A DNA stretch of 45,791 bases from Clostridiaceae bacterium (GCA_012839865.1 DUMO01000022.1:1-45791); one strand, 5' to 3'. Numbered from the stretch's first letter, positions 35,686-44,997 are shown. Program-made: numbers and translations. Notes: a model not told the origin generated them from the letters alone.

Positions 35686-38565
35686 TTAATAGATTATCGG
35701 TTTAAATTCATAGTATACTTCATCTTCCTGGACGGTTACCAGAATAAACTCCGCATTATCAGTATTATCAGGCGCAATGCCTTCCTGGTCAAGACCTGCA
35801 GTGAACAAGTATTTGACTCCACTCTCGTTATAGCTGAAGTTATTGGATCCTTTCTGGAAAACCCATATTCTCTTGCCCCGGTTCACAATATAATCTGTAA
35901 GTATTTGCTGGAATAAATCAGCTTCATATTTATCACTGAAACTATCCAGACTGGAATGCATGAATATGAATATATTCTTACCCGGTGCGGTCTCCAGTTG
36001 ATCCAGGAACCAGTGCCACTGCATGGGTTCTGTCGCTCTTATCCCGTTTTTTGAAACATCAAGCTGTATAAACCTGCTGTCAAAAATATCATGGGACTGC
36101 CAGCCTTTTGTGGTGGCAATGATTGGAATAACCAGTTTGCTTTTAAGATCTTCAGGTACATTGCCAACAGCTGCAGTTGCTTCAAGGTATTTGTTAATCC
36201 TGTCCAGATAACTCTTTTGAAGCAGCCGCTCCAAAAGGCTTGACGGTTCGCGGGAAATACCAAATACAGAAAACCTGAAGGAGTTTTCACCAGGTATGTA
36301 ATCCACGCTTTTGCGATCTTTGTCTTCCACCACCATATTGACCGGTATGGATATGCTTTCGGAAGATACCCCCGAGCTTATGGACAAATCATCTATATAT
36401 ATGCTGCCCATATCCGGGATGTCATTTATTTGAGCCAGATATATTCTTTCAAGATATGCAGGGTTTGAGACGTCTTCCAGTGAAGCTTCGACATACTTCC
36501 AGCCTATAAAGTCATTTAATCTTTCAGCAAAGGTGATGTAGTGTATTGTTCCTGATGCATCCCTGACCATGGCTCTTAACCAGCTGTCATTGGGCCTTAC
36601 ATTGTATACCCACAACCCGATGGTTTTTGTATCCGGTTCAAGAGGTATGCCGTTCTGTGAGAAATAAACATAAGCGCATCTGGTGCCTCTGATACTGCTG
36701 GAAAAATCAAAAGTAAGTTTGCCTGAGGACTTTCCTGAATGGCTTTGTTCGGTGGAAATTTCATAACCTCCCTCAAGTCCTGAAGGATATGACAAAAATG
36801 TTGCGTTGGGTTTTTCAAAATCATCAAGATATTTAAATGTATCAGACTCTACCGATACAGCGCAATTTACGGTCAAATCACCCAGAGAGGCCTGTATGTA
36901 ACCCATACCCTGACCTGTTGCAGTAAACAGCCCGTCCTGTATTGTACCAATATTGCTATGAACTGTCCACGTAACATCTTCCGGAGCTATATATGCATGA
37001 AAGCCGTCCTGGTCCTTTCCATCGATAACCAGCTGAATGGAGGAACCGGGCTTCATTCTAAGAAAATACTCGTTCAGGGAAAGCTGTGAAGGTGAATTTA
37101 ATACTTTAATCGGATATTCACCGGTTACTTCACCTATTTGTGCCCTGATTATTCCCGTACCGGCTGTTGTGGGTATGAATATTCCGTTTTCAAAGAGCCC
37201 TTCAACGCCTTCCACACTCCATTGTACCTGGCTTTGGTCGATTTCTACAGGATTAAAAAATTCATCATATCCCGAAGCGGTAAAATGTCTTGATGTACCC
37301 GCAAATATGTTTGAATCCCGGGATTTGATTACAACTCCTGCAAGGCTTGACATGGGAGCAGTGGAGAAAACTCCAAGGGCAGTGGAAATTTTTCTCTCAA
37401 AACCGCCGCTTGGGCTGTTTGTCACCTCGAGCTCGTTTCCTCCCGGTGTTCTTGCAACCATTGTGGTGGAGCCCCCTCCATCCATGTTGATTGCGTTGAA
37501 TGCACCAAGTTCGATCATAAGGGCGGCCATTTCAGTCTGGGTAAGTCCGATGCTCATATTCTGACGCCCGTCAACAGTAACAAGTATAAGCTGTTTTCCG
37601 TCCTCTGTGCTGCCAATGGCAGTCCGTGGGTGGCGGCCGTCTATATTAAAGGAAAATTGAGCAGGGATTTTGCCGTCCTTTACAAGTATGGCACTTCCAC
37701 TAAGGGCGGTTTTTATGTTTTTCCAGTCGGGACTGGTTTTTATATCAAGGGAAACAGTATCTCCATAAGAAAGACTGGAGGTTAACCTTTGGGCACCATC
37801 CTGTCTTGACAGGATGACAAATCCTTTCTCCGGAATCTCTATGGGAGGCATGCCGGTTCGAATTTCCACAACGACACCTTTGTCCACCACCACTTCTGTC
37901 ATATCAGGGTACCTGGTATTCCCGGGAGACATAGGGCCCCATTTCCTGTTAAGAACGGTTATGTCGCAATACTGATGTGTGCTTTCCTTGTTAAAGCCGT
38001 TTACAGGGAAGACAGTTCCATCAACTTTTAAAATCCGGACTTCCGTTTTCCAGTAATCAAAGGATATCTGCCCGTTAAAACCCATTGAGAAAGTTGCCAT
38101 GGAGTCATTATAAAGGTTGAATTCCGTGGAAGCGGTGAGCAGTGTACCGGACTTTATCGCCAACCCGTCAGGGTAGGCATATCCGGGAATACTCATCCCG
38201 TTGAAAAACCCGCCATTTATTGCGGCTACAGCATTTTCCCCGGCGGCAAGGTCCCTGACGGTCTCGGTTTTACTAATTTCCTGGCCGTTTATCAGTGTAT
38301 CAAGCACTATGTAAGGATTGGTCAAATCAACCCGCATGACATTAATATTCAGCCAGCCATTGTCAGTGAAGCGAACCACTTTTTCAAGGGTGACTCCCTG
38401 AGTGATGGTCTCAATTGATTTGGTCTCATAAATAATCCGACTCAAAAAGGAATCAACTGCCCCGGCTGAATTAACTCCGGCAAAAGCAGAAACAGAAAAC
38501 ATCAACATAAAACATACAATGCCAAATAGTATTTTTTTTCTTTTGTACATAAGAGCGCCATGCAA
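35686..38565 (-). CDS. Secreted phosphodiester glycosidase (NAGPA/DUF2233) family protein with Ig-like domains and a degenerate phosphoesterase-like C-terminus
   Basis: Signal peptide; AAINGGFF, RHPRTAIG, VTVDGRQ, AINMDGGGSTTM; Ig-like VTWTV repeats; real start may be the ATG at 38550. Confidence 0.85.
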   Translation of the reverse strand: MHGALMYKRKKILFGIVCFMLMFSVSAFAGVNSAGAVDSFLSRIIYETKSIETITQGVTLEKVVRFTDNGWLNINVMRVDLTNPYIVLDTLINGQEISKTETVRDLAAGENAVAAINGGFFNGMSIPGYAYPDGLAIKSGTLLTASTEFNLYNDSMATFSMGFNGQISFDYWKTEVRILKVDGTVFPVNGFNKESTHQYCDITVLNRKWGPMSPGNTRYPDMTEVVVDKGVVVEIRTGMPPIEIPEKGFVILSRQDGAQRLTSSLSYGDTVSLDIKTSPDWKNIKTALSGSAILVKDGKIPAQFSFNIDGRHPRTAIGSTEDGKQLILVTVDGRQNMSIGLTQTEMAALMIELGAFNAINMDGGGSTTMVARTPGGNELEVTNSPSGGFERKISTALGVFSTAPMSSLAGVVIKSRDSNIFAGTSRHFTASGYDEFFNPVEIDQSQVQWSVEGVEGLFENGIFIPTTAGTGIIRAQIGEVTGEYPIKVLNSPSQLSLNEYFLRMKPGSSIQLVIDGKDQDGFHAYIAPEDVTWTVHSNIGTIQDGLFTATGQGMGYIQASLGDLTVNCAVSVESDTFKYLDDFEKPNATFLSYPSGLEGGYEISTEQSHSGKSSGKLTFDFSSSIRGTRCAYVYFSQNGIPLEPDTKTIGLWVYNVRPNDSWLRAMVRDASGTIHYITFAERLNDFIGWKYVEASLEDVSNPAYLERIYLAQINDIPDMGSIYIDDLSISSGVSSESISIPVNMVVEDKDRKSVDYIPGENSFRFSVFGISREPSSLLERLLQKSYLDRINKYLEATAAVGNVPEDLKSKLVIPIIATTKGWQSHDIFDSRFIQLDVSKNGIRATEPMQWHWFLDQLETAPGKNIFIFMHSSLDSFSDKYEADLFQQILTDYIVNRGKRIWVFQKGSNNFSYNESGVKYLFTAGLDQEGIAPDNTDNAEFILVTVQEDEVYYEFKPIIY

Positions 38566-38759
38566 AACATGCTACCGAAATGAAACTTTTGAAACCTATC
38601 CAATTTAAAAGTTCCAGAATCTTTTGCCTTATGAAGGCGAAAGACACCGGGAAGGCATTTTCTGCCCGGATTAATTTTTTAAATTTGATGAGTATGTCTA
38701 ATATGTAATTATCCTTTATCTTTATAAGATAAGGCTGGTTATGATACTTCCCGGTAGAT

Positions 38760-38918
38760 GCCTTGCAGGGACTGGTTCACCTCCGTTTACTACGTTATAT
38801 GACATGGGTCGGTTCTGTGTATTGCCTTGTGCTAAGTTCCGTTCAATTGACATTTGACCGGCCTTAGTTGTTTCAACTGTGTTAGACAGGATTTTCATAA
38901 ATCATGTTCCCACAGGGC
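38760..38918 (+). ncRNA. Candidate structured ncRNA (rod-like, 6S-like topology)
   Basis: Ends pair (GCCTTGCAGGGACTGGTT with AATCATGTTCCCACAGGGC); GGTTCTGT/ACAGGATT inner stem; CTAAG..CCG..TCAA/TTGA..CGG..CTTAG apical stem; G-U pairs favour the + strand; TATGAT just upstream. Confidence 0.35.
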
Positions 38919-39071
38919 TGTGACAGATACAGACGTTTATGAATCATGTACCAAAAGGTTTAAGACAGCATGCCAGGGTACGGTTCCGGACTGATGTAAA
39001 AATGCTGTTTTCGAAAAGTGCCGGCAAATCTATGGGGCTTCCAAAGTTCAGTTTCTGAAAAAAGGCTATTT

Positions 39072-39866
39072 TTAATTAGTACCGGAGGGTTCCTTATCCT
39101 GCTTGTTTGGCAAATCCATGCAACTTTTCCGGCTATCCCTGCTGCCGGCCGGTTTCCAACCGTCAATGCCGGACCTTGTTATAGCTCCGAATATTCTGCC
39201 TTTTACATCACCGTATTCATTTGTTAGCTCCCTGAGCAGCTCCCTGATGCTATAGCGCTTGGTTTTTCCGGCTACGGTACATTGGCTGTTGACAGTTGTA
39301 ATGCCATACCTGTTTATTACACCCTTGATTTCTCTTTCTTCTATATATATTAGTGGCCTTATGACATGAATTTGTTTTCTGTCCAGCCATGTGACCGGCG
39401 AAAAGGTATGTACCCGTCCTTCCAACAGGAGGCTCAGCATGAATGTTTCAACGACATCATCATTGTTGTGGCCAAGGGCTGTCTTGTTGCAACCCAGGCG
39501 GACAGCAGCGTTGTTTAGTGCCCCTCTTCTCAAATTGGCGCACATGGAGCAGGGATTCTGCTCTTTTCGTATATCAAAAACGATTTTGCCTATCACGGTT
39601 TTTTCCAATGTCCAGTTTATTCTTAAGTTTTCGCAGATCTCCTGAATAGGTGAAAAATCTGTGTTATCCAGCCCCATGTCTATTGTTATGGCCTCAATGT
39701 CAAACCGTACAGGTAAAAAATCCCGAAGTCTTCCAAGTCCCATCAGCAAAACCAGGCTGTCTTTGCCCCCCGTAACTCCAACTGCTATCTTGTCGCCATC
39801 GTTAATCATTTTATAGTCTTCGATAGCCCGTCTCATTTTTCCAAGTATTCTTTGTATATGCAACAC
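39072..39866 (-). CDS. ttcA: TtcA-like tRNA 2-thiocytidine biosynthesis PP-loop ATPase
   Basis: PP-loop VTGGKDS, PCSMCANLRRGAL, LGHNNDDVVET, IRPLIY. Confidence 0.85.
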   Translation of the reverse strand: MLHIQRILGKMRRAIEDYKMINDGDKIAVGVTGGKDSLVLLMGLGRLRDFLPVRFDIEAITIDMGLDNTDFSPIQEICENLRINWTLEKTVIGKIVFDIRKEQNPCSMCANLRRGALNNAAVRLGCNKTALGHNNDDVVETFMLSLLLEGRVHTFSPVTWLDRKQIHVIRPLIYIEEREIKGVINRYGITTVNSQCTVAGKTKRYSIRELLRELTNEYGDVKGRIFGAITRSGIDGWKPAGSRDSRKSCMDLPNKQDKEPSGTN

Positions 39867-40368
39867 CTCTTTGAATCAGCCAAAAAGTTTCCGTCTAAAG
39901 CGGCCAAAATCTGCCGGAGGATCAGGTAAACCTTTTGTATCAACAAGAATATTGTGTTAATAATTATACCAAGTTCCATGACTTGTTTTCAAGGATTCCA
40001 TACTCTGATTTGTGAGCCAATTTATGGCAATGATATGTTCCGGGCTTTTGTGTGGAACAATAAGCTATAATACTCTTATACAACATGTATATAACATGGT
40101 TTTTGGATGTAAAAAATTGACTTGAACAGCAGCATGGTAAAGAAATTGCAGCCGGCACAATGCTGATGTTGACAGCCCAGGGCTCCTTGAACAATAATGT
40201 GAAAAGAATTGCTGAAATACAACAAAAATATATTCTTAGAATAAACAATCCGTATCATGCTTTAGCTATAACGAGGAATGATACGATAAATTATCAAAAA
40301 ACATTTAAAAGGGTATTGAATATATATTCCGTATGTAGTAAAATACTCTTTGCGTTTTCAATGGATAA

Positions 40369-40444
40369 CGGGGTGTAGCGCAGTTGGTAGCGCACGTGGT
40401 TTGGGACCATGGGGCCGGAGGTTCAAGTCCTCTCACCCCGACCA
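40369..40444 (+). tRNA. tRNA-Pro(UGG)
   Basis: CGGGGTG...CACCCCG-A-CCA; loop TT-TGG-GA; promoter TTGAAT-17-TAAAAT at 40316-40344. Confidence 0.96.
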
Positions 40445-40520
40445 TTTGCAGTGAAATGATGAAATCGTTGTATACAACTTCGAATTTCAATCATGAAAAA
40501 TCTTTCCACGAAAGATATGC

Positions 40521-40549
40521 TTGACAAATAAGAGATTCTATCTTAGAAT
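40521..40549 (+). promoter_or_regulatory. sigmaA promoter for tRNA His-Gln-Lys
   Basis: TTGACA, 17 bp, TAGAAT. Confidence 0.8.
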
Positions 40550-40583
40550 AGGTTGTGTTCTTTTCGAGGAAAGAGAGAAATAC

Positions 40584-40661
40584 GGTGGGTATAGCTCAGT
40601 TGGTTAGAGTGCCAGATTGTGGCTCTGGAGGTCGTGGGTTCGAGTCTCACTATCCACCCCA
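40584..40661 (+). tRNA. tRNA-His(GUG)
   Basis: Encoded G-1, GTGGGTA/TATCCAC acceptor, C discriminator, loop TT-GTG-GC, CCA. Confidence 0.96.
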
Positions 40662-40668
40662 TTTATTT

Positions 40669-40745
40669 TGGGATGTAGCCAAGTCGGTAAGGCACCAGAC
40701 TTTGACTCTGGCATTTCGTAGGTTCGAGTCCTGCCATCCCAGCCA
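40669..40745 (+). tRNA. tRNA-Gln(UUG)
   Basis: TGGGATG/CATCCCA acceptor, loop CT-TTG-AC, CCA. Confidence 0.95.
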
Positions 40746-40750
40746 TATAC

Positions 40751-40826
40751 GACCCATTAGCTCAGTAGGCAGAGCACCTGACTTTTAATCAGGGTGTCCG
40801 GCGTTCGAGTCGCCGATGGGTCACCA
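40751..40826 (+). tRNA. tRNA-Lys(UUU)
   Basis: GACCCAT/ATGGGTC acceptor, loop CT-TTT-AA, CCA. Confidence 0.96.
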
Positions 40827-41030
40827 AAGCCTCATAACCTAAGGATTATGGGGTTTTTTTATTCTAAATTTCCAGCCTATAAAACCGGTTCCTTCTTATT
40901 TATATTTAATTTGCTTAAAGTAGAAGAGTCTGAACGATTTCTGCAAGATGCACGAATCCAAATCTGGGATTTTGGCATTGCAACGAGTATGCTTTTCCAT
41001 TATAAGTTACTTAAAAGGTAAATCTTTTGC

Positions 41031-41059
41031 TTGACTTTTAACTATTATGCCATTAGAAT
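41031..41059 (+). promoter_or_regulatory. sigmaA promoter for tRNA Glu-Asp
   Basis: TTGACT, 17 bp, TAGAAT. Confidence 0.78.
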
Positions 41060-41091
41060 ATACTTTGTCGGTTTTAACCCGATAATGACAT

Positions 41092-41166
41092 GGCCCATTG
41101 GTCAAGCGGTTAAGACATCGCCCTTTCACGGCGGTAACAGGGGTTCGAGTCCCCTATGGGTCACCA
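41092..41166 (+). tRNA. tRNA-Glu(UUC)
   Basis: GGCCCAT/ATGGGTC acceptor, loop CT-TTC-AC, CCA. Confidence 0.96.
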
Positions 41167-41169
41167 AAT

Positions 41170-41246
41170 GGCCCGGTAGTTCAGTTGGTTAGAATGCCAG
41201 CCTGTCACGCTGGAGGTCGAGGGTTCGAGCCCCTTCCGGGTCGCCA
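41170..41246 (+). tRNA. tRNA-Asp(GUC)
   Basis: GGCCCGG/CCGGGTC acceptor, loop CT-GTC-AC, CCA. Confidence 0.96.
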
Positions 41247-41259
41247 TCTAAACCTGGTG

Positions 41260-41332
41260 AATCCCTTTTCATATATGTTCATAAACGGTGTCAGGGAAGC
41301 AGAAATGAACTAATATGAAAAGGGATTTTTTT
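41260..41332 (+). terminator. Terminator-like hairpin after tRNA-Asp
   Basis: AATCCCTTTTCATAT / ATATGAAAAGGGATT plus an inner GTTCAT/ATGAAC stem, followed by a T run. Confidence 0.7.
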
Positions 41333-41520
41333 ATGTCCTTTCTATTTTTGATAATACCAATTGAAATTCGTCTTTTTATCAGAAATGCGATGCAAAATAT
41401 TAATTATCAACTCAATTACATTTATATTACTCTTGTATTATATTGCCAATGAAGTATTATTAATAAGATATAATATATTATCGCAGGTATGTAACTTATA
41501 ATGCAAAGGGGGATTTTTAA

Positions 41521-41820
41521 ATGATAACAGCGCTTTACTTTATTGGAGCAATTATCTTTATCATCTCGGTGACAGCCGGTATTTTTTCAGGTTCAATTAT
41601 GGTATTTTTGACCTCCGTAGTCAGTGGTGTTTCATCGGCGGTAGTGCTTTTCGCTTTGGCAAAAATACTTGAAAATCAGGAAAATATACTATATAGACTG
41701 GAGAGTCAGGAGGAACTCCAAAGAAGAGTTCAAAGGCAGGAAAAGAAAGTGTGTTCAAAGTGCAACAATACCTATGAAGGTGACTACAACTCCTGTCCAC
41801 GCTGCGGAAACAGGGAGTAG
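41521..41820 (+). CDS. Small membrane protein with a C-terminal zinc ribbon
   Basis: Two TM helices, coiled coil, CSKC...CPRC; GGGGG RBS. Confidence 0.78.
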   Translation: MITALYFIGAIIFIISVTAGIFSGSIMVFLTSVVSGVSSAVVLFALAKILENQENILYRLESQEELQRRVQRQEKKVCSKCNNTYEGDYNSCPRCGNRE

Positions 41821-41892
41821 AATATGTCTCTGACGATGGTACAGGGAGAAGTTTTTTATTAAGCATAATATAACTTTAGGAGATAAACGCTA

Positions 41893-42513
41893 ATGAAAAT
41901 TATCGATTTATCACATGTAATTGAGAACAACATGCCGGTTTATCCGGGGGACCCGGAAGTAAACCTGGTTCAGATAAAACATCTGGACAGGGATAAATAT
42001 AGTAATCACAGACTGGACATTGGAATGCATGCAGGTACCCATATTGATTCGCCAATGCACCTTTTAGATTGCAAACGGTATATTTGTGAATTGCCTCTTG
42101 AGTCATTTATTGCAGAAGGGTGCCTGCTGGATGTAAGAAATGAAGCAATTATTAAAATGAAACCTGAGTATGACTCGCTGGTAAAAGAAAATGGCATTGT
42201 ATTGTTATATACAAGTTATGATAAGTATTACGGTACAAAAGAGTATTATGAAAATCATCCTTGTATTGAAAAGGAGCTTTGCAGGTTTTTAATAAAGAAG
42301 AAAGTTAAAATGGTGGGAATGGACCTTCCTTCACTTGACAGATATCCTTTTGAAGTACACAAATTACTTTTTGAAAACAGTATTTATATTATGGAAAACC
42401 TGACTAACCTTTGGCAATTGCTCAATGCCGGGAGATTTGAAGTTATGGCATTTCCACTGAAGATAAAGGCTGACAGTTCAATAGCCAGGGTTGTCGCAAG
42501 GGTGGTTTTATAA
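41893..42513 (+). CDS. Cyclase / kynurenine formamidase-like metal hydrolase
   Basis: IIDLSH, PVYPGDP, HAGTHIDSP (HxGTHxD), VGMD, MENL, AFPLKI...ARVVA. Confidence 0.92.
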   Translation: MKIIDLSHVIENNMPVYPGDPEVNLVQIKHLDRDKYSNHRLDIGMHAGTHIDSPMHLLDCKRYICELPLESFIAEGCLLDVRNEAIIKMKPEYDSLVKENGIVLLYTSYDKYYGTKEYYENHPCIEKELCRFLIKKKVKMVGMDLPSLDRYPFEVHKLLFENSIYIMENLTNLWQLLNAGRFEVMAFPLKIKADSSIARVVARVVL

Positions 42514-42668
42514 TGAGATGTACAGGAGTTATTTATTCTTGCAGCATTGAAAGTGGTCAAGTAAAATTGTTAAATGAATATGATGGATATGAGTGGCTAA
42601 GTGCTGATGTTGCTTCAATTGATAAGCTAAATAAGGTAGTTAAGGAGAAAATGGTTAGATGGGATTGA
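42513..42668 (+). pseudogene. 51-aa ORF resembling the C-terminal part of a NUDIX hydrolase (remnant)
   Basis: Hand translation MRCTGVIYSCSIESGQVKLLNEYDGYEWLS... resembles the NUDIX tail (Y.C....G.I.L..EH..Y.W); no Nudix box is present; ATG overlaps the cyclase stop. Confidence 0.35.
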
Positions 42669-42793
42669 AATTTACTCTGAAATGCTGTTCTGGAAATGAA
42701 GAAAGAAAACAAGACAAAGAATATTGCTATACCAGATGAAGACATTGCCAAAAAGTACAAATGAATTTTAATCAAATTTTATAGCTGAAAGCA

Positions 42794-42823
42794 TTGACAG
42801 TTTAATAAATCCCATGTTATCAT
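42794..42823 (+). promoter_or_regulatory. sigmaA promoter for tRNA Thr-Tyr
   Basis: TTGACA, 18 bp, TG-N-TATCAT, the same layout as the promoter at 2504. Confidence 0.7.
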
Positions 42824-42910
42824 ATTTAAGCAGTTGAGAAATCAGCTGCCTGATATATATAAAAACCATCTTTTCTGATGGTCAAATGCAGTAAAATAGC
42901 ATGATTTCAT

Positions 42911-42986
42911 GCTGGTGTAGCTCAGCAGGTAGAGCAGCTGACTTGTAATCAGCAGGTCGGGGGTTCGATTCCGTCCACCAGCTCCA
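42911..42986 (+). tRNA. tRNA-Thr(UGU), copy 2
   Basis: 76 nt; identical to copy 1 except at positions 32 (C vs T) and 59 (T vs G). Confidence 0.97.
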
Positions 42987-43028
42987 AAGGGAGTCCGGGT
43001 TATTGTCCGGACTCCTGAAAATTCATAT

Positions 43029-43113
43029 GGAGGGGTTCCCGAGTGGCCAAAGGGGGCAGACTGTAAATCTGTTGTCAGTGACTTCGATGGTTCGAATCCA
43101 TCTCCCTCCACCA
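43029..43113 (+). tRNA. tRNA-Tyr(GUA)
   Basis: 85 nt with a long variable arm, GGAGGGG/CTCCCTCC acceptor, loop CT-GTA-AA, CCA. Confidence 0.96.
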
Positions 43114-43120
43114 AAATACA

Positions 43121-43146
43121 AAAAAGCCTTGCAAAGCAAGGTTTTT
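43121..43146 (+). terminator. Intrinsic terminator after tRNA-Tyr
   Basis: AAAAAGCCTTGC / GCAAGGTTTTT stem with T tail. Confidence 0.75.
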
Positions 43147-43287
43147 GCTTTTATTTACCCAATCTCTATTTAATTACCAACATTAAATTTGAATTAACTC
43201 TGCATAATAAAATAGAGACTTATTCTGTAGCAAGTCTCAAGGTTCAAGATGAATTTTTCACAGACTATAAAATGAAGAAGGAAAGTT

Positions 43288-44238
43288 ATGAGAGTTAAGA
43301 AATTTCTAATAGCCGGTGTACTGATTATTACATCGCTGCTTTTTATAACGGGAATCAGAATAGTTGCCAATATTAAAGAAAGAGTCCTGCCCAAACCTGA
43401 AAGCCGTAAAAATATTAATGACAGCAATATTCCCGGGAAGCATGGTATTAGGAATTTTGAAACTATCAGCGATGAAAGCAGCATTACAAGTTCCGGACCG
43501 GTAAACCTGCTGCTGCTTGGCCTGGATGACGGGGGAGAAAGATGCGATGTTGTCATGCTATTTAACGGCAGTCCGTCATCAGGTAAGGTCAATGTATTGT
43601 CTATTCCGAGGGATACCAAAGTATACAGAAATGGAAGGGCTATGAAATTTAACGCTCTATACGGCTATGGCAGCGAGCAGCAGGTAATAGAGGAAGTCAA
43701 ACGCATGACGGATTTGACGGTGGACTATTATGTGACTATTGATTTTGCCGGATTCAGGAAAATTATCGATACGTTGGGCGGTGTAGTTATTGATGTACCG
43801 ATAGATATGCATTATGACGACCCCCTTCAGAACCTGCACATTCATCTGAATAAAGGGCTTCAGGTCCTCGATGGGAAAAAAGCTGAGCAGTTTGTACGTT
43901 ACAGGAAGGGGAACAATGAAAATGAAGGCTACATTGAAGGAGACATTGGCAGAATCAAGGTGCAGCAGCAGTTCATTAAAGCCCTTATTGAGCAGAAATT
44001 CAAGCTGCGCTATATATTGAAGGCTAAAGACATTTTCAATATATTAAAGGAACATATGAAAACAAATATAAGCGTCCTTGATGTGGCGCATTACGCAACG
44101 ATGGCGAATAAAATTGAACTTGAGGAAATTTCGACTTTCAGCCTCCCGGGGGAGGTTGTTCTGGAAGGCAACACATGGTATGTCCTTTGGGACCGGAAAG
44201 CAACAAAGGATATTATAGAAGAAAACTTTTTTAAATGA
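43288..44238 (+). CDS. LCP (LytR-CpsA-Psr) family cell-wall glycopolymer transferase
   Basis: N-terminal TM, NLLLLGLD, RCDVVML, SIPRDT, IDTLGGV, QFVRYR, GDIGRIKVQQQF. Confidence 0.93.
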   Translation: MRVKKFLIAGVLIITSLLFITGIRIVANIKERVLPKPESRKNINDSNIPGKHGIRNFETISDESSITSSGPVNLLLLGLDDGGERCDVVMLFNGSPSSGKVNVLSIPRDTKVYRNGRAMKFNALYGYGSEQQVIEEVKRMTDLTVDYYVTIDFAGFRKIIDTLGGVVIDVPIDMHYDDPLQNLHIHLNKGLQVLDGKKAEQFVRYRKGNNENEGYIEGDIGRIKVQQQFIKALIEQKFKLRYILKAKDIFNILKEHMKTNISVLDVAHYATMANKIELEEISTFSLPGEVVLEGNTWYVLWDRKATKDIIEENFFK

Positions 44239-44253
44239 TCAGTTAATATAATA

Positions 44254-44322
44254 CGCAATCAGCTCTGTTTCTGATCTTTGCGCTTACTTACATTGTTGTT
44301 TGCAGCAATAGAGCTGATTGCG
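44254..44322. terminator. Hairpin after the LCP gene
   Basis: CGCAATCAGCTCT / AGAGCTGATTGCG perfect 13-bp stem with a large loop. Confidence 0.5.
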
Positions 44323-44349
44323 CAGAAAATACCGCAAAAACGGCATTGG

Positions 44350-44378
44350 TTGCAGCCCAAAATCCCGGATGATATAAT
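44350..44378 (+). promoter_or_regulatory. sigmaA promoter of the UDG pair
   Basis: TTGCAG, 17 bp, TG-N-TATAAT. Confidence 0.6.
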
Positions 44379-44445
44379 AAGTGTGGTTTTGCGGTGAATC
44401 TAACCGGTGCCTGTGAAATTATTTTAAGGTAAAGAGGGTTTTTTT

Positions 44446-44997
44446 ATGACCGGCTGGGAGGAATTGATAAAGGCTTGTGAGAAATGCCAAAAGTGTGTTC
44501 TTGCCAAAACCAGAACCAATGTGGTTATCGGGCGGGGAAACATTAATGCTCCTGTCATGTTTGTAGGTGAAGGTCCTGGCGAGCAGGAGGACAAGCAGGG
44601 GTTGCCCTTTGTGGGTGCAGCCGGAAAACTTTTGGACCTTTTGCTGGATGCCATGATGTTCAAAAAGGAAGATTACTACATATGCAATATAGTAAAGTGC
44701 CGTCCTCCGGGAAACCGTGTCCCCACAGATGAAGAAGCAGAGAGCTGTTTGCCGTATTTAAGGCAGCAAGTCAGGCTGACCAGACCTAAAATAATTGTTT
44801 GTCTCGGCTCTACAGCTGCAAGATTCATAATCGACCGCAGTGCCAGGATAACCAATATACACGGGCAATGGTTTGAAAGAAAAGGTTTTTCAATAATGCC
44901 CACCTTCCATCCCGCAGCATTATTAAGGGATGAGTCCAAAAAAGCTCTCATGTGGGAAGATGTAAAAAAAGTAAAGCAGAGGTTAAATGCCATATGA
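44446..44997 (+). CDS. Uracil-DNA glycosylase, family 4 (4Fe-4S)
   Basis: CEKCQKC, VGEGPG..ED..G.PFVG, CNIVKCRPP, ESC, FHPAALLR. Confidence 0.93.
   Translation: MTGWEELIKACEKCQKCVLAKTRTNVVIGRGNINAPVMFVGEGPGEQEDKQGLPFVGAAGKLLDLLLDAMMFKKEDYYICNIVKCRPPGNRVPTDEEAESCLPYLRQQVRLTRPKIIVCLGSTAARFIIDRSARITNIHGQWFERKGFSIMPTFHPAALLRDESKKALMWEDVKKVKQRLNAI

Noticed and set aside
39870..40310. Short ORFs or a remnant between ttcA and tRNA-Pro
   Set aside because: AT-rich, with no RBS-supported ORF, recognisable motif or convincing structure.
2600..42986. The two tRNA-Thr direct repeats as attL/attR of a 40-kb integrated element
   Set aside because: Both are full-length genes with their own promoters, there is no integrase in the window, and the interval holds housekeeping genes and six other tRNAs.
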